From the IMG/VR virus record IMGVR_UViG_3300042507_006854, positions 1 to 64,000 of that record: DNA of 64,000 bases; one strand, written 5' to 3'. A program made the position numbers and the translations under genes. Positions 55,472 through 64,000 of this stretch are shown piece after piece (the first letter of the stretch is position 1; each line of letters begins with the position of its first letter). The notes beneath the pieces were generated by a model. It was not told the DNA's origin. It made no database searches and saw only the letters and a list, made by a program, of their open reading frames with translations. The DNA comes from a virus.

Positions 55472-58400
55472 ATGTCTAACTGTTCTAATTCTTATTCAGT
55501 AAAATTTGAATCCTTTAATGGTTTTAATAGGGCAGTTATATTAAAAGGTACTGGCTTATCAATCAATTATGATTTGGGTTGCGAATGTTTAACGCAAGAT
55601 AAAAATTGCAATATTTTAAATAATCTACCAAATAATATTGAAAAAATATTAGACACTAATTGCGTCAATACTTCTTTTACTGGTAATTTTAGATTTGATC
55701 AAAATGATCTTTATAAATATTTAGTAATTCCAGATTGTAATAACTCTAACCCTAATACTACATGGGATTTTTCGGTTTCTCCAATTTGTTGCAATAATCA
55801 ATATTCAGTTAATTTTTGGTCCTATACCGCGCCAAGTCGATTAGTGATATTAGCAGGTAGCGGACTATTAGTTAATTCAGGATTATTTTGTGATTGTATT
55901 AATAGTGATAAAAATTGTTCAATATTAAATTCTTTACCTTCTGATATTTATAAAGTTTTAGATACAAATTGTATTTTAACAAATCAAACAAATTTCACTC
56001 AAACGATTGATTTACCTTCAAATCTTCCAAATTTTGTTTTAGTTATTCCTGATTGTTTAAATCAAAATGCCAACGCAACTTGGAATTTAAATATAACTCC
56101 ATATTGCGCTCAAGGTGCTGTATGCGCTCCTTGTGAAGTTGCTTCTGGTATTTCCTGCTCTTTTGATTATACTTTTAGTATTTCTCCGCGTAACTCAAAT
56201 ATTGTTTTTGATACTTTTGAAAAAGTAACTTCTTATAAAGACGATCAATTAAATAAAGTAATTGTTGAAACTACAAATGGGTTTAGAGGTTATGAACGAG
56301 ATCTTGGATTCATTGCTGAGCAAGTTGATATTAATCCGTTCTTACCAAGTGGCGTTAAAGGCGTAACATATCCTAATGTCGGTGGAATAAATTTTGAATA
56401 CCCAAGTGATACATTCATAAGGGTAGAAGAAAAAAATCTTCGTCTTAAAGAACATGAATCATGGACAGAAGACTTTTCTTTATTTAATAAATATAGCTAC
56501 AATAATTTATCTCAAGAAGAAGCGGGGGCAGTAATTCCAACTAATGACAATATATCATTGTCTAAAGGTCCTTCAATTTATAATATTGAATATAAAGGTT
56601 ACAAATTTAATTCAAATACAAATGCAAAGTATAAACAAAAATTTGTTATCAAACAATTTCCTGAAAATAATATCGGTGTACCGATAGATTATTCTTTTAA
56701 CTCTGGATGGGCAAGTTATGATGTTACTTCGGGAATGAATTTTAAAAATGCCTTTTCGTATGGTGTTCAAGTCGTAGACAAGTTAACATTTACGGAAGGT
56801 TTTATTATTGAAGGTGAAACTAGAATTACTGGTCGTCAAGATATTATCAATTGGATACGAAGTGGCCTAAATCCAGTATTAAGAACTGGCATAATGAGCG
56901 CTTTTAGTTTCTTGTCTGCTTATTGTTTGGAAGGCCCAGACTGTCCAGAGCCTCCAGAGCAATGTCAAAAAGCTGGAGACGGAGGTGGTTTTGGCGGCGG
57001 ACCAATTTGTCCGATAGAATGTTGGACAGGTTCTAATATTACTGGAGCCGAATATTATAATTGGCTGACTGGCACTTTAAATAAATACCAAGACCAAAAA
57101 GCTTTTTTAAATAGTAATAATGTTTATGGAAAAATTATTACAGGTTCAATTAATGCACCATTTACCTCATTAACAGGGTCTCTTAGATATAATTCTTGGA
57201 TTTCTGGAGATAAATTTAGATTCACTATGTATCCATTTGATTATACTGGACTATATAGAGCTCTGCATCTTGGAAATGATCCTATTTATCCACCATACAA
57301 TGTAGAATTAGTCTACCCAAGAGATTGGACAAATATGTATAATTTTGTAGACAAATTAAACGAAAAATTAAGAGATGTTTCTGCGCCTATTTGGTACCCT
57401 TACCTGTGTTTATCAGGCACGCCTAGTGGTCATTACGTATCCGGTTCTTTGATGGAATTTATGATAAATACTGGTTCCTGTTGTCTACCAACTGGCGATC
57501 TCGATATTATGGATTTTCAAAATTTAATTGACTTTCGTTCTTTAAGAAGTTTACCAGGTTTACCACGAACAGGTCAAGCGATGAAAGATGAAGATTTATG
57601 TTTATCTGAAATAAAATCTGATGGATCTGGTCGTGCCCCATGGTATTTTAATTTAAAATTAGATTTATCTCCTAATGAAAGAAGGCCGTATAACATTTAT
57701 AGTGGCTATAGTTACTTAATTCCTACCTGTATTGAATTTCAAAGATGGGAAAATAATTCTTGGAAAACTGTAGATAAACATTGTAATTTATATAAAGATA
57801 TCACTGGACTAGATCGGACCTGTATTATTAAAGAAGTACCTGATTTAATCGAATCCAATGATGGTTATCTTAATCAGAATTACGCAAGCTCAATTACGGG
57901 CACGAAAACAGAGGAAGAATTACTTTTAGAAATTGAAGGTCAACCTTTCAGTGGTGTTTATAAAACACTTTTGAATTTCAAACAAAAAATCACAGTAAAT
58001 AGCAGGGGTAAATGTCAAGGTTGGGTTGATATTAAAGATATTGATTTTATATGGCCAGATAATTTTCCGACAGGCATTCTAACTAAAAATGGTCAATTAA
58101 GCGGTGTTGATAATAGATACTGGTGTAATCCAGAACAACAAGAAGAAAAAGGACCCCCCTGTGAATGTGAACCGTTGGGTCCCGAGCCGGATTGTGCTTT
58201 ACAAGGGTTTGACTGCATTGCGAAACAAGATAAAGACGAAGAATGCGGATGTCCATATTGGTATTGTGAATGCCCAACAGAAGAGGTTCCGCCTGTCGAA
58301 ATTTGTCAAATAAGAACTGGCTGGAATTTAACAGGTAGCTTTGGTTTAGAAGCAAAGAGTGCCAATTTTGATAAATATAGACTTGTATTTAGTAATTTTA

Positions 58401-59905
58401 GCGGTCAAAATATTGAGCATTATAAACCATTAAATGAATTTTATATTGGAAATATAAATTTATTTAGTATCACCGGAGGGATACCGTTACCACCTTTAAC
58501 AGGAACCGAAAAATGTCCTATTGGAGCTGATTATGTAATTGACGTTTTTGGTAATGTGCCTCTTAGAATTACTGGTGTGCACAATTATTCTATTAATGAG
58601 GGTATGAGCGGTGAATATACTAATTATTTTGAAGTAGTAAGACCAATTCTGCCCGAAGAAAGAAATGTTAAATTTAACAAGGTTAGTGGTATTATTACAA
58701 GTTTCTTCGCAACTGGTTTCTGGAGTAAAACGCTTAGACCTTCAGGCTGGGCTTGTAGAACATTTGATGATTATTTCTTTTATGACCCGAATTCAAAAGA
58801 AATTACTTTTGAGAAGACTTTATGCGCTTACGCATCTGGATTTACAGGGTTGAGTGGTAGTTTTATTGCTCTAAAACAATCTGTTGTTAATAGAGAACTA
58901 TTAGTTGGTGGTAGATTTAATACCCCTATTGCTTTTGTAACCTATACTGGAATAGGTACTTATACTGGATTTATTGATAATGTTACTTATAAAGAATATG
59001 ATGTAGTTGGTTATTATCCAATTACTGGACGCATAACAGGATTTACTAGAAGTGGATTTTTAGATGTTAGTAACACGGTAATAAGCCAGGCACCTGTTAG
59101 CGGTGATACTTATCCTTATTACCCAATTCCTACTGGTTTTATAAATGCTAGTGGTTATATAGAAGTTGATTTTTCTCAGATTAGGAATTTTGATTATTTT
59201 ACTATATATGGAAATAATTTTGTTTATCATTCTAATTCTTCTGAATATCCTTTCCCAAGCTACTTTAATAATATAGATACTTTATATCAAATTGTTAGTG
59301 GTATTGGGTCAGATCTTGGTATAGAGTCTTCGTTAGATGGAAATAAAATATTTATTAAAAGTTTAAGAACGGGAACCTTAGGTAATACTTCAATAACAAC
59401 AACTAATACAGGAGCTTTTAATATATTTGGTATGTCTGGTGGCCAAGACATCTTTCCAAGAATTTATAACTATTATTATGTAATTAATGACGGTTTTATA
59501 TCTGGCATTGAAATAACTCCAATGGTAACTGGAAATATTAATAGATTTATTTTAGCCACTGGATTTTACTATAGTAATTCTGGAACAGGTACTGTTACGG
59601 GTAACATAAGCACATTTACAGGCGTAAGATATTTTACTGGAGTATGGGATATTGCAACTGGAAATATATTTACGCCATTTAGAAGCTTTTTAAGCAATGG
59701 GTGGGTTTCCGGAGATAGTTTTATTAGAGAGAATACTTATAGTCCGAATTATTTACATTATATAAAATTGAGAGCCTTTTATTTAAATCAATTGTCCACA
59801 TTCTTATTCGAGGAATCTGATATTGCTGATTTAATTATTAAAGATGCTAACAATCCAGATATTTCCGGATCTGGGATTATTTTTAGATTAAGTGGAATTA
59901 AATAA
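55472..59905 (+). CDS. Large Cys-rich, [ST]G-rich tail appendage protein
   Basis: Two ~105-aa Cys-containing N-terminal repeats, Cys clusters, TG-rich C-terminal part. AGGTACAAGG leader at 55460. Confidence 0.55.
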   Translation: MSNCSNSYSVKFESFNGFNRAVILKGTGLSINYDLGCECLTQDKNCNILNNLPNNIEKILDTNCVNTSFTGNFRFDQNDLYKYLVIPDCNNSNPNTTWDFSVSPICCNNQYSVNFWSYTAPSRLVILAGSGLLVNSGLFCDCINSDKNCSILNSLPSDIYKVLDTNCILTNQTNFTQTIDLPSNLPNFVLVIPDCLNQNANATWNLNITPYCAQGAVCAPCEVASGISCSFDYTFSISPRNSNIVFDTFEKVTSYKDDQLNKVIVETTNGFRGYERDLGFIAEQVDINPFLPSGVKGVTYPNVGGINFEYPSDTFIRVEEKNLRLKEHESWTEDFSLFNKYSYNNLSQEEAGAVIPTNDNISLSKGPSIYNIEYKGYKFNSNTNAKYKQKFVIKQFPENNIGVPIDYSFNSGWASYDVTSGMNFKNAFSYGVQVVDKLTFTEGFIIEGETRITGRQDIINWIRSGLNPVLRTGIMSAFSFLSAYCLEGPDCPEPPEQCQKAGDGGGFGGGPICPIECWTGSNITGAEYYNWLTGTLNKYQDQKAFLNSNNVYGKIITGSINAPFTSLTGSLRYNSWISGDKFRFTMYPFDYTGLYRALHLGNDPIYPPYNVELVYPRDWTNMYNFVDKLNEKLRDVSAPIWYPYLCLSGTPSGHYVSGSLMEFMINTGSCCLPTGDLDIMDFQNLIDFRSLRSLPGLPRTGQAMKDEDLCLSEIKSDGSGRAPWYFNLKLDLSPNERRPYNIYSGYSYLIPTCIEFQRWENNSWKTVDKHCNLYKDITGLDRTCIIKEVPDLIESNDGYLNQNYASSITGTKTEEELLLEIEGQPFSGVYKTLLNFKQKITVNSRGKCQGWVDIKDIDFIWPDNFPTGILTKNGQLSGVDNRYWCNPEQQEEKGPPCECEPLGPEPDCALQGFDCIAKQDKDEECGCPYWYCECPTEEVPPVEICQIRTGWNLTGSFGLEAKSANFDKYRLVFSNFSGQNIEHYKPLNEFYIGNINLFSITGGIPLPPLTGTEKCPIGADYVIDVFGNVPLRITGVHNYSINEGMSGEYTNYFEVVRPILPEERNVKFNKVSGIITSFFATGFWSKTLRPSGWACRTFDDYFFYDPNSKEITFEKTLCAYASGFTGLSGSFIALKQSVVNRELLVGGRFNTPIAFVTYTGIGTYTGFIDNVTYKEYDVVGYYPITGRITGFTRSGFLDVSNTVISQAPVSGDTYPYYPIPTGFINASGYIEVDFSQIRNFDYFTIYGNNFVYHSNSSEYPFPSYFNNIDTLYQIVSGIGSDLGIESSLDGNKIFIKSLRTGTLGNTSITTTNTGAFNIFGMSGGQDIFPRIYNYYYVINDGFISGIEITPMVTGNINRFILATGFYYSNSGTGTVTGNISTFTGVRYFTGVWDIATGNIFTPFRSFLSNGWVSGDSFIRENTYSPNYLHYIKLRAFYLNQLSTFLFEESDIADLIIKDANNPDISGSGIIFRLSGIK

Positions 59906-59920
59906 ACATAATTAATAATC

Positions 59921-60598
59921 ATGGACAAAAGTTTATTCTTACCAAGTGAAGATCATCCTTTTAAAATAACCGTATCAAAATCAAAAGATGGATATGTTGG
60001 AGAAGTGGCGGATGGCGTATGTTTTTCTAGTTTTAGTTTTAACACCGGTTCGTTTTTACCTATTGAGAATTTAAACAAAGAATTGCCTTTTGAAAAAGAT
60101 AGTAAATTTTTTATTGAAATAAATTTAACGCGAAATTTGCAACCTTCTGGAAATGCAGTAATAAAATGTGCCCCGGTAGGAACAGAAGACTCTTGGCCTA
60201 ATTATCCAGAGCTATTTGAAATACAGCCAAAAGATGAATATGACGATACTGGAAGGGTTATTAAATATGTTGATGGCAAAAGTCAAACGAAATGTTATGT
60301 TTTAATTGGTTACGCAATGAATGATTCTTCTAAAAATGGAGTGAGCAAAGAAGATAGTGGCGATGGTGGCGATGGTGGCGATGGTGGCGATAGCGGTGGT
60401 GGCGGTGGTAGTGAAGATGAAAGTTCTTCAACTTCTTCGGCTGGGGATCCAAAGGGTATTGTTCAACTACTTAAGCATAATTTTATACTATTAGCCTCTG
60501 TTGTTAGTGGGGTCGCAGTGGTTTTTGCAGCACCTTATTTTGAAGGGCATACTCATGAATTAGCTTGTTTAGATTTCGAAACTAAAAATCCTATATAA
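59921..60598 (+). CDS. Hypothetical structural protein with DGG-repeat linker
   Basis: HPFKI N-terminal motif; GATGGTGGC repeats near 60362-60390. Confidence 0.45.
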   Translation: MDKSLFLPSEDHPFKITVSKSKDGYVGEVADGVCFSSFSFNTGSFLPIENLNKELPFEKDSKFFIEINLTRNLQPSGNAVIKCAPVGTEDSWPNYPELFEIQPKDEYDDTGRVIKYVDGKSQTKCYVLIGYAMNDSSKNGVSKEDSGDGGDGGDGGDSGGGGGSEDESSSTSSAGDPKGIVQLLKHNFILLASVVSGVAVVFAAPYFEGHTHELACLDFETKNPI

Positions 60599-60604
60599 AC
60601 AACG

Positions 60605-61654
60605 ATGAGTGGTTTTAATGTTAATTTTTTAGGGGGAGTTGGTTTTCCACGATGGCCAATTCCTTATAATCCAGATAGATTACATAGGCCAAAAAATTTT
60701 AGAGCGCCTATTCAATTTTTTAATAACAGGCCTATACAATTAACTCCAGATCAAATGTTCAGAATGTACTGGACTGTTAAAAGTTTTGAAGTTAATATTA
60801 CCGCTGCTACTTTCTCGATAAGAGATATGTTTTCTGATTTTATGATGGCTGGAGGTACTAGTGGTGGAATTGTTGGTGCTATGACTGGGTTAACAGTAGC
60901 CCTCCAAAATCAGTCATTAGATTATGGAGCTATGGCTGTAAAAGGTCATACAAAAATTATAGGCAAATATGAAAAAAAAATACGTCTTGGTAGAGAGGGT
61001 ATTCATAATGGAATTACAATGCCCGACTCTTATGTAGGAGAAGGTTCCGCTTTAGACATGGATGAAAGTTATGACCCTAATATTTTATTATCTAGAAATT
61101 TTAAACCAAATGAGGGATCAATTTGTTCTTCTGGTCCTATACATTATTTTTCCTCAAGAGAGCAGGGCACTTTAGGTGGTAATTTTATTCTTATAATAGA
61201 CTTTTCTGATATTTTATATTATAGAAGATTTTATTGGCCAGCGGTATATATGTCAGCAGGTTTAACAGGTGGGGCCAGTTTTAGTTATGGTCAAATGCCA
61301 TATGTAGATCTTTCTAATCTTGGGGTTGTTTTAGCTCCAGCTTTCGGTGGTCAAGCTATCGGTGGGATAACTGGAGATTTAGGTTATTTAACTGGGTTTA
61401 GTACAAATCTAAGATTTACTCAAGTTTTAATGGTCGGCGGTAGTATTAGAATTGGTAAAAGATGTTGTGATAGATTTTTATGGGATGGTAAAGATGACAT
61501 ACGAGAATCTGGCGGTGCTACCCCTCCAGACACAGATCCTAATAAAAAGCCCTGTGAAAAAGTTTGTAAGAATGACAAAAAAGAAGGGGTATTTATTGAA
61601 ACAAACTGGCCGCAACAGCAAGCCGCGAAAAAGAAAGAAAAGAAAGAAGCATAA
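60605..61654 (+). CDS. Hypothetical protein, last gene of the + strand late cluster
   Basis: Gly-rich hydrophobic segments; Cys pairs and a Lys-rich C-terminus. Confidence 0.5.
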   Translation: MSGFNVNFLGGVGFPRWPIPYNPDRLHRPKNFRAPIQFFNNRPIQLTPDQMFRMYWTVKSFEVNITAATFSIRDMFSDFMMAGGTSGGIVGAMTGLTVALQNQSLDYGAMAVKGHTKIIGKYEKKIRLGREGIHNGITMPDSYVGEGSALDMDESYDPNILLSRNFKPNEGSICSSGPIHYFSSREQGTLGGNFILIIDFSDILYYRRFYWPAVYMSAGLTGGASFSYGQMPYVDLSNLGVVLAPAFGGQAIGGITGDLGYLTGFSTNLRFTQVLMVGGSIRIGKRCCDRFLWDGKDDIRESGGATPPDTDPNKKPCEKVCKNDKKEGVFIETNWPQQQAAKKKEKKEA

Positions 61655-61663
61655 ATAAAAAAA

Positions 61664-61870
61664 TTATTTATTTTCGAACAGGCCACAATTTAAGCATTCC
61701 GTCATATCTAATATTTTAATACGTTTTTTATTACAAAAATTGTATGTGCTAGTTTTTTTAGAACATCTGCAACCATGTGTTTGTTGGGATGAAAATTTAC
61801 AATTTTTAAATTTATACGAAGCAATTATAATATTTTCTTTTTGGTTATGAGAAAATTGAAGATTAGACAT
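61664..61870 (-). CDS. Small Cys-rich, putative metal-binding protein
   Basis: Six Cys (C..GCRC..C..CLNC); TAATG-coupled to the upstream gene. Confidence 0.5.
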   Translation of the reverse strand: MSNLQFSHNQKENIIIASYKFKNCKFSSQQTHGCRCSKKTSTYNFCNKKRIKILDMTECLNCGLFENK

Positions 61871-62622
61871 TATTTTTTATTTTTTGACTTTATTCCGCTT
61901 ATTATTGTAAACATGCTTAAAGGAGAAATATCTTTAAGATCTTTCCAATTTTCAGAACCTTCCATATTTTTTTGTACAGCTCTTTCTTTAATTTGTTCGA
62001 AAGAAATGTTATATTCTTGCATAGTTTTTTCAAGAAGAGCTAATGGTTGAGTGACCAATGTATTTGGTTCTACATCTGAATCAATATGAGTTGTTTTACC
62101 CATTTCGTCATTACCAACAATATTGATTTTAAGAAAACTTCTGACACAACGAATAAAAGCACGATTTTCGGCAATCGCCATTAAAAAGTTTTTTGCAAAA
62201 TCTTTTGTATTGTCAAGGTGGGCATCAGCTAAGGCTGAAAATGAAACCATATTCATACTAGTTTCATAATTAGGAATCCAATCAATAGTGCATTTAACAG
62301 CAACATAATCTGGCTGAGCTTGAATTACTTCATAAGAAACATTTTTATATCCACGAATTTGGGCAAGTTCTTTAATACCCGCCAAAAGAATAAGCAATTG
62401 GTTATCAGCTAAGGATGTTACGTCAATTTCTTTAAGGTTAATATCTTTTTGATTTTTAAAAGCATCACGATTGGGAACAAGATATTCTTTATTAATCATT
62501 GCTCTCCAATTTATGGTATTGTCTGGATGAAAAATATAGTCTACGCACTCTAAAAGACCATTAACATCTCTTTTAAATTTATTTACAGTATCTTTATAAC
62601 GATAAACGATTTTATCTGACAT
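61870..62622 (-). CDS. Putative single-strand annealing protein (Rad52/RecT-like superfamily)
   Basis: 'LAGIKELAQIRG' and 'MAIAENRAFIRCVR' resemble SSAP core motifs; has a sigma70-type promoter. Confidence 0.5.
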   Translation of the reverse strand: MSDKIVYRYKDTVNKFKRDVNGLLECVDYIFHPDNTINWRAMINKEYLVPNRDAFKNQKDINLKEIDVTSLADNQLLILLAGIKELAQIRGYKNVSYEVIQAQPDYVAVKCTIDWIPNYETSMNMVSFSALADAHLDNTKDFAKNFLMAIAENRAFIRCVRSFLKINIVGNDEMGKTTHIDSDVEPNTLVTQPLALLEKTMQEYNISFEQIKERAVQKNMEGSENWKDLKDISPLSMFTIISGIKSKNKK

Positions 62623-62628
62623 ATTCTG

Positions 62629-62657
62629 ATTATGGCATTATTTGATCAAAGTGTCAA
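62629..62657 (-). promoter_or_regulatory. Sigma70-type promoter (TTGACA-17-CATAAT with extended TG), leaderless
   Basis: Minus strand reads TTGACA ctttgatcaaataatgc CATAAT cagaat ATG. Confidence 0.8.
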
Positions 62658-62658
62658 C

Positions 62659-63837
62659 TTATTTACCATATATTAGAAAATAATCTAGATCTTGTTTTAA
62701 TAATTCTTTGTTGTTAATTAATTTAATTTCTTGTTCTAACGTTTTCCCATTAAAATTTATCGGCTTATTCTCTTCTGCTGCTGCACGGCTTGCATAAAAA
62801 TGATTATTAGCCATCAGTATTTTATTGGTCCTATATATAAAATTATCATTTAAAAATTCACAATCTTTATCTATATCAATCTCTTCAATTAAATTTGGTA
62901 ACTCAATCATTTGATATTTACGTTCAGAAAAAAGATGCTCATTGTTTTTTGTTTTCTTAAATACAATAGCGCTTCGAATTAATAATTTATTTAAATATTC
63001 AATAAATCTAACATCAATTCCTTCTGTTACATCATAAATAATCATGCTCAGATTTTTCCTATAAACTAACAGTGGGTCTAAGTTTATAGGGCTATCCGTA
63101 ACAATGCAACAGGGTCGAGTTGCTAAATTATGAATAATAGGATCTAATACATTAATTTTTTTATAATCTAATCTAATATTGACCATTTCATTTTGATTAA
63201 AATTGGGAGGGATTACTTGGTCTGGATAACATTCTAAAATTGGATGTATAAATTTATCCCCAATAAATTTTGTAGTAAAACTTGTAGAACTTTTTTCAAA
63301 AAGTAATTTTTCACAGGCTTTTACTACATCTTCAATTTTAATTTCATTAATTCTTTTAGGATTTTCGTTCGGATTAAAACTTGGCTTCCAATTTTGGGGG
63401 GTTAAACAAATTTGCTTAGAATTTTTCCAAAATGGTCCCGCAATTTCTGGAGAAGATACGCTATAAAGGGCAACTAATGGAGTTCCGAAGGCGCTAGCCA
63501 TATGTACTGCAAAACTATCATTGCCAATATGTAACATTGAATTTTCAATAATATAAGCAGATTGATTAAGATTCGTTTGCCCTTGGTAATTAATAGCGTT
63601 TTTAAGAGGAGCATCATCTTTAGATCCAATTTGTATTATTTGAATATTTTCTTTTTCTAAAGATGGCCGAAGATGATTAATCACTTCTTGAAAATAATCA
63701 TAACATTTTCCTGGCATTCCACTACTATTTTGTATAGTAATGTATTTCTTAAATGGAAGAGGAAAATATTTTTTTATAATAAAAGGTTTTTTTATTTTAC
63801 TTCCCGTTGATAATGCGTATGTTTCTAATAAGTGCAT
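62659..63837 (-). CDS. Glycosyltransferase family 9 (heptosyltransferase-like) with C-terminal extension
   Basis: IIQIG...QTNLNQSAYIIENSMLHIGNDSFAVHMASAFGTPLVALY is the GT9 signature. Confidence 0.85.
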   Translation of the reverse strand: MHLLETYALSTGSKIKKPFIIKKYFPLPFKKYITIQNSSGMPGKCYDYFQEVINHLRPSLEKENIQIIQIGSKDDAPLKNAINYQGQTNLNQSAYIIENSMLHIGNDSFAVHMASAFGTPLVALYSVSSPEIAGPFWKNSKQICLTPQNWKPSFNPNENPKRINEIKIEDVVKACEKLLFEKSSTSFTTKFIGDKFIHPILECYPDQVIPPNFNQNEMVNIRLDYKKINVLDPIIHNLATRPCCIVTDSPINLDPLLVYRKNLSMIIYDVTEGIDVRFIEYLNKLLIRSAIVFKKTKNNEHLFSERKYQMIELPNLIEEIDIDKDCEFLNDNFIYRTNKILMANNHFYASRAAAEENKPINFNGKTLEQEIKLINNKELLKQDLDYFLIYGK

Positions 63838-63838
63838 A

Positions 63839-64000
63839 TTATTCTAATTTTAAATCAATTTTGTCTTCACCATTATGCATATAGCTTAATAGCCTTTGTG
63901 TTGAAAAATAAGGATGGTAAACTATATCACAAACCCCCTCTTGACCCATTCCACCCTCCATCACAATAGCTGAGTCCATTATTTGATGATACGGTATCCA
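63839..64000 (-). CDS. 3' end of a gene truncated by the window edge, probably in the same GT operon
   Basis: Manual translation WIPYHQIMDSAIVMEGG...PYFSTQRLLSYMHNGEDKIDLKLE, stop adjacent to the GT9 start. Confidence 0.55.
   Translation of the reverse strand, partial: WIPYHQIMDSAIVMEGGMGQEGVCDIVYHPYFSTQRLLSYMHNGEDKIDLKLE

Noticed and set aside
37231-58130. GTGTAA copies inside coding regions (e.g. near 37231, 40071, 42459, 42865, 58123)
   Set aside because: A hexamer of this composition occurs by chance in 64 kb, and I did not identify a suitably placed gene start downstream of these copies.
4020-61654. Diversity-generating retroelement acting on fibres
   Set aside because: No reverse transcriptase is present and I saw no near-identical TR/VR pair differing at adenines. 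A copy outside the window cannot be excluded.
433-62050. Numerous short antisense or alternative-frame ORFs of 60-137 aa in the track
   Set aside because: They lie inside longer genes, have no recognisable motifs, and are expected shadows of codon bias.
1-64000. Stop-codon reassignment
   Set aside because: Very long ORFs are open under the standard code, coding density is high, and TAG is used as a real stop (179, 44404, 49645).
1-64000. tRNA, rRNA or large structured ncRNA genes; integrase or transposase
   Set aside because: Intergenic gaps are nearly all under about 100 nt and AT-rich with no cloverleaf seen; no recombinase or transposase motifs were recognised.

Overview
AT-rich, gene-dense segment of a large tailed dsDNA phage (Caudoviricetes, probably siphovirus-like because no sheath gene is seen; standard genetic code). 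It carries almost the whole virion morphogenesis region on the + strand: terminase large subunit, portal, fibre/appendage genes, a lysis cassette (lipoprotein, membrane proteins, holin-like protein, M15 endolysin), prohead protease/scaffold, decoration protein, major capsid protein, neck genes, tail tube, chaperones, a 3367-aa tape measure protein (TMP) and about 30 kb of baseplate/appendage genes (LamG-like, RCC1, serine protease-LRR, Cys-rich). Glycosyltransferase genes sit on the - strand within and beside the tail region. The best candidates for undescribed biology are: (1) a TMP built like a polyprotein, in which repeated GFIPNFA motifs bracket two PD-(D/E)xK-like domains and a zincin-type HExxH domain; (2) a probable virion-modification system, with strong [S/T]-G dipeptide enrichment and poly-Ser tethers in exposed proteins next to four or more glycosyltransferases and a CxxC membrane protein/CxC protein pair; (3) a phage-specific GTGTAA late-promoter motif that appears to start either leaderless mRNAs or mRNAs with a conserved AGGWAHAAGG leader, including internal copies that predict a nested scaffold gene. 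All product calls come from motif reading and synteny; no database searches were run.
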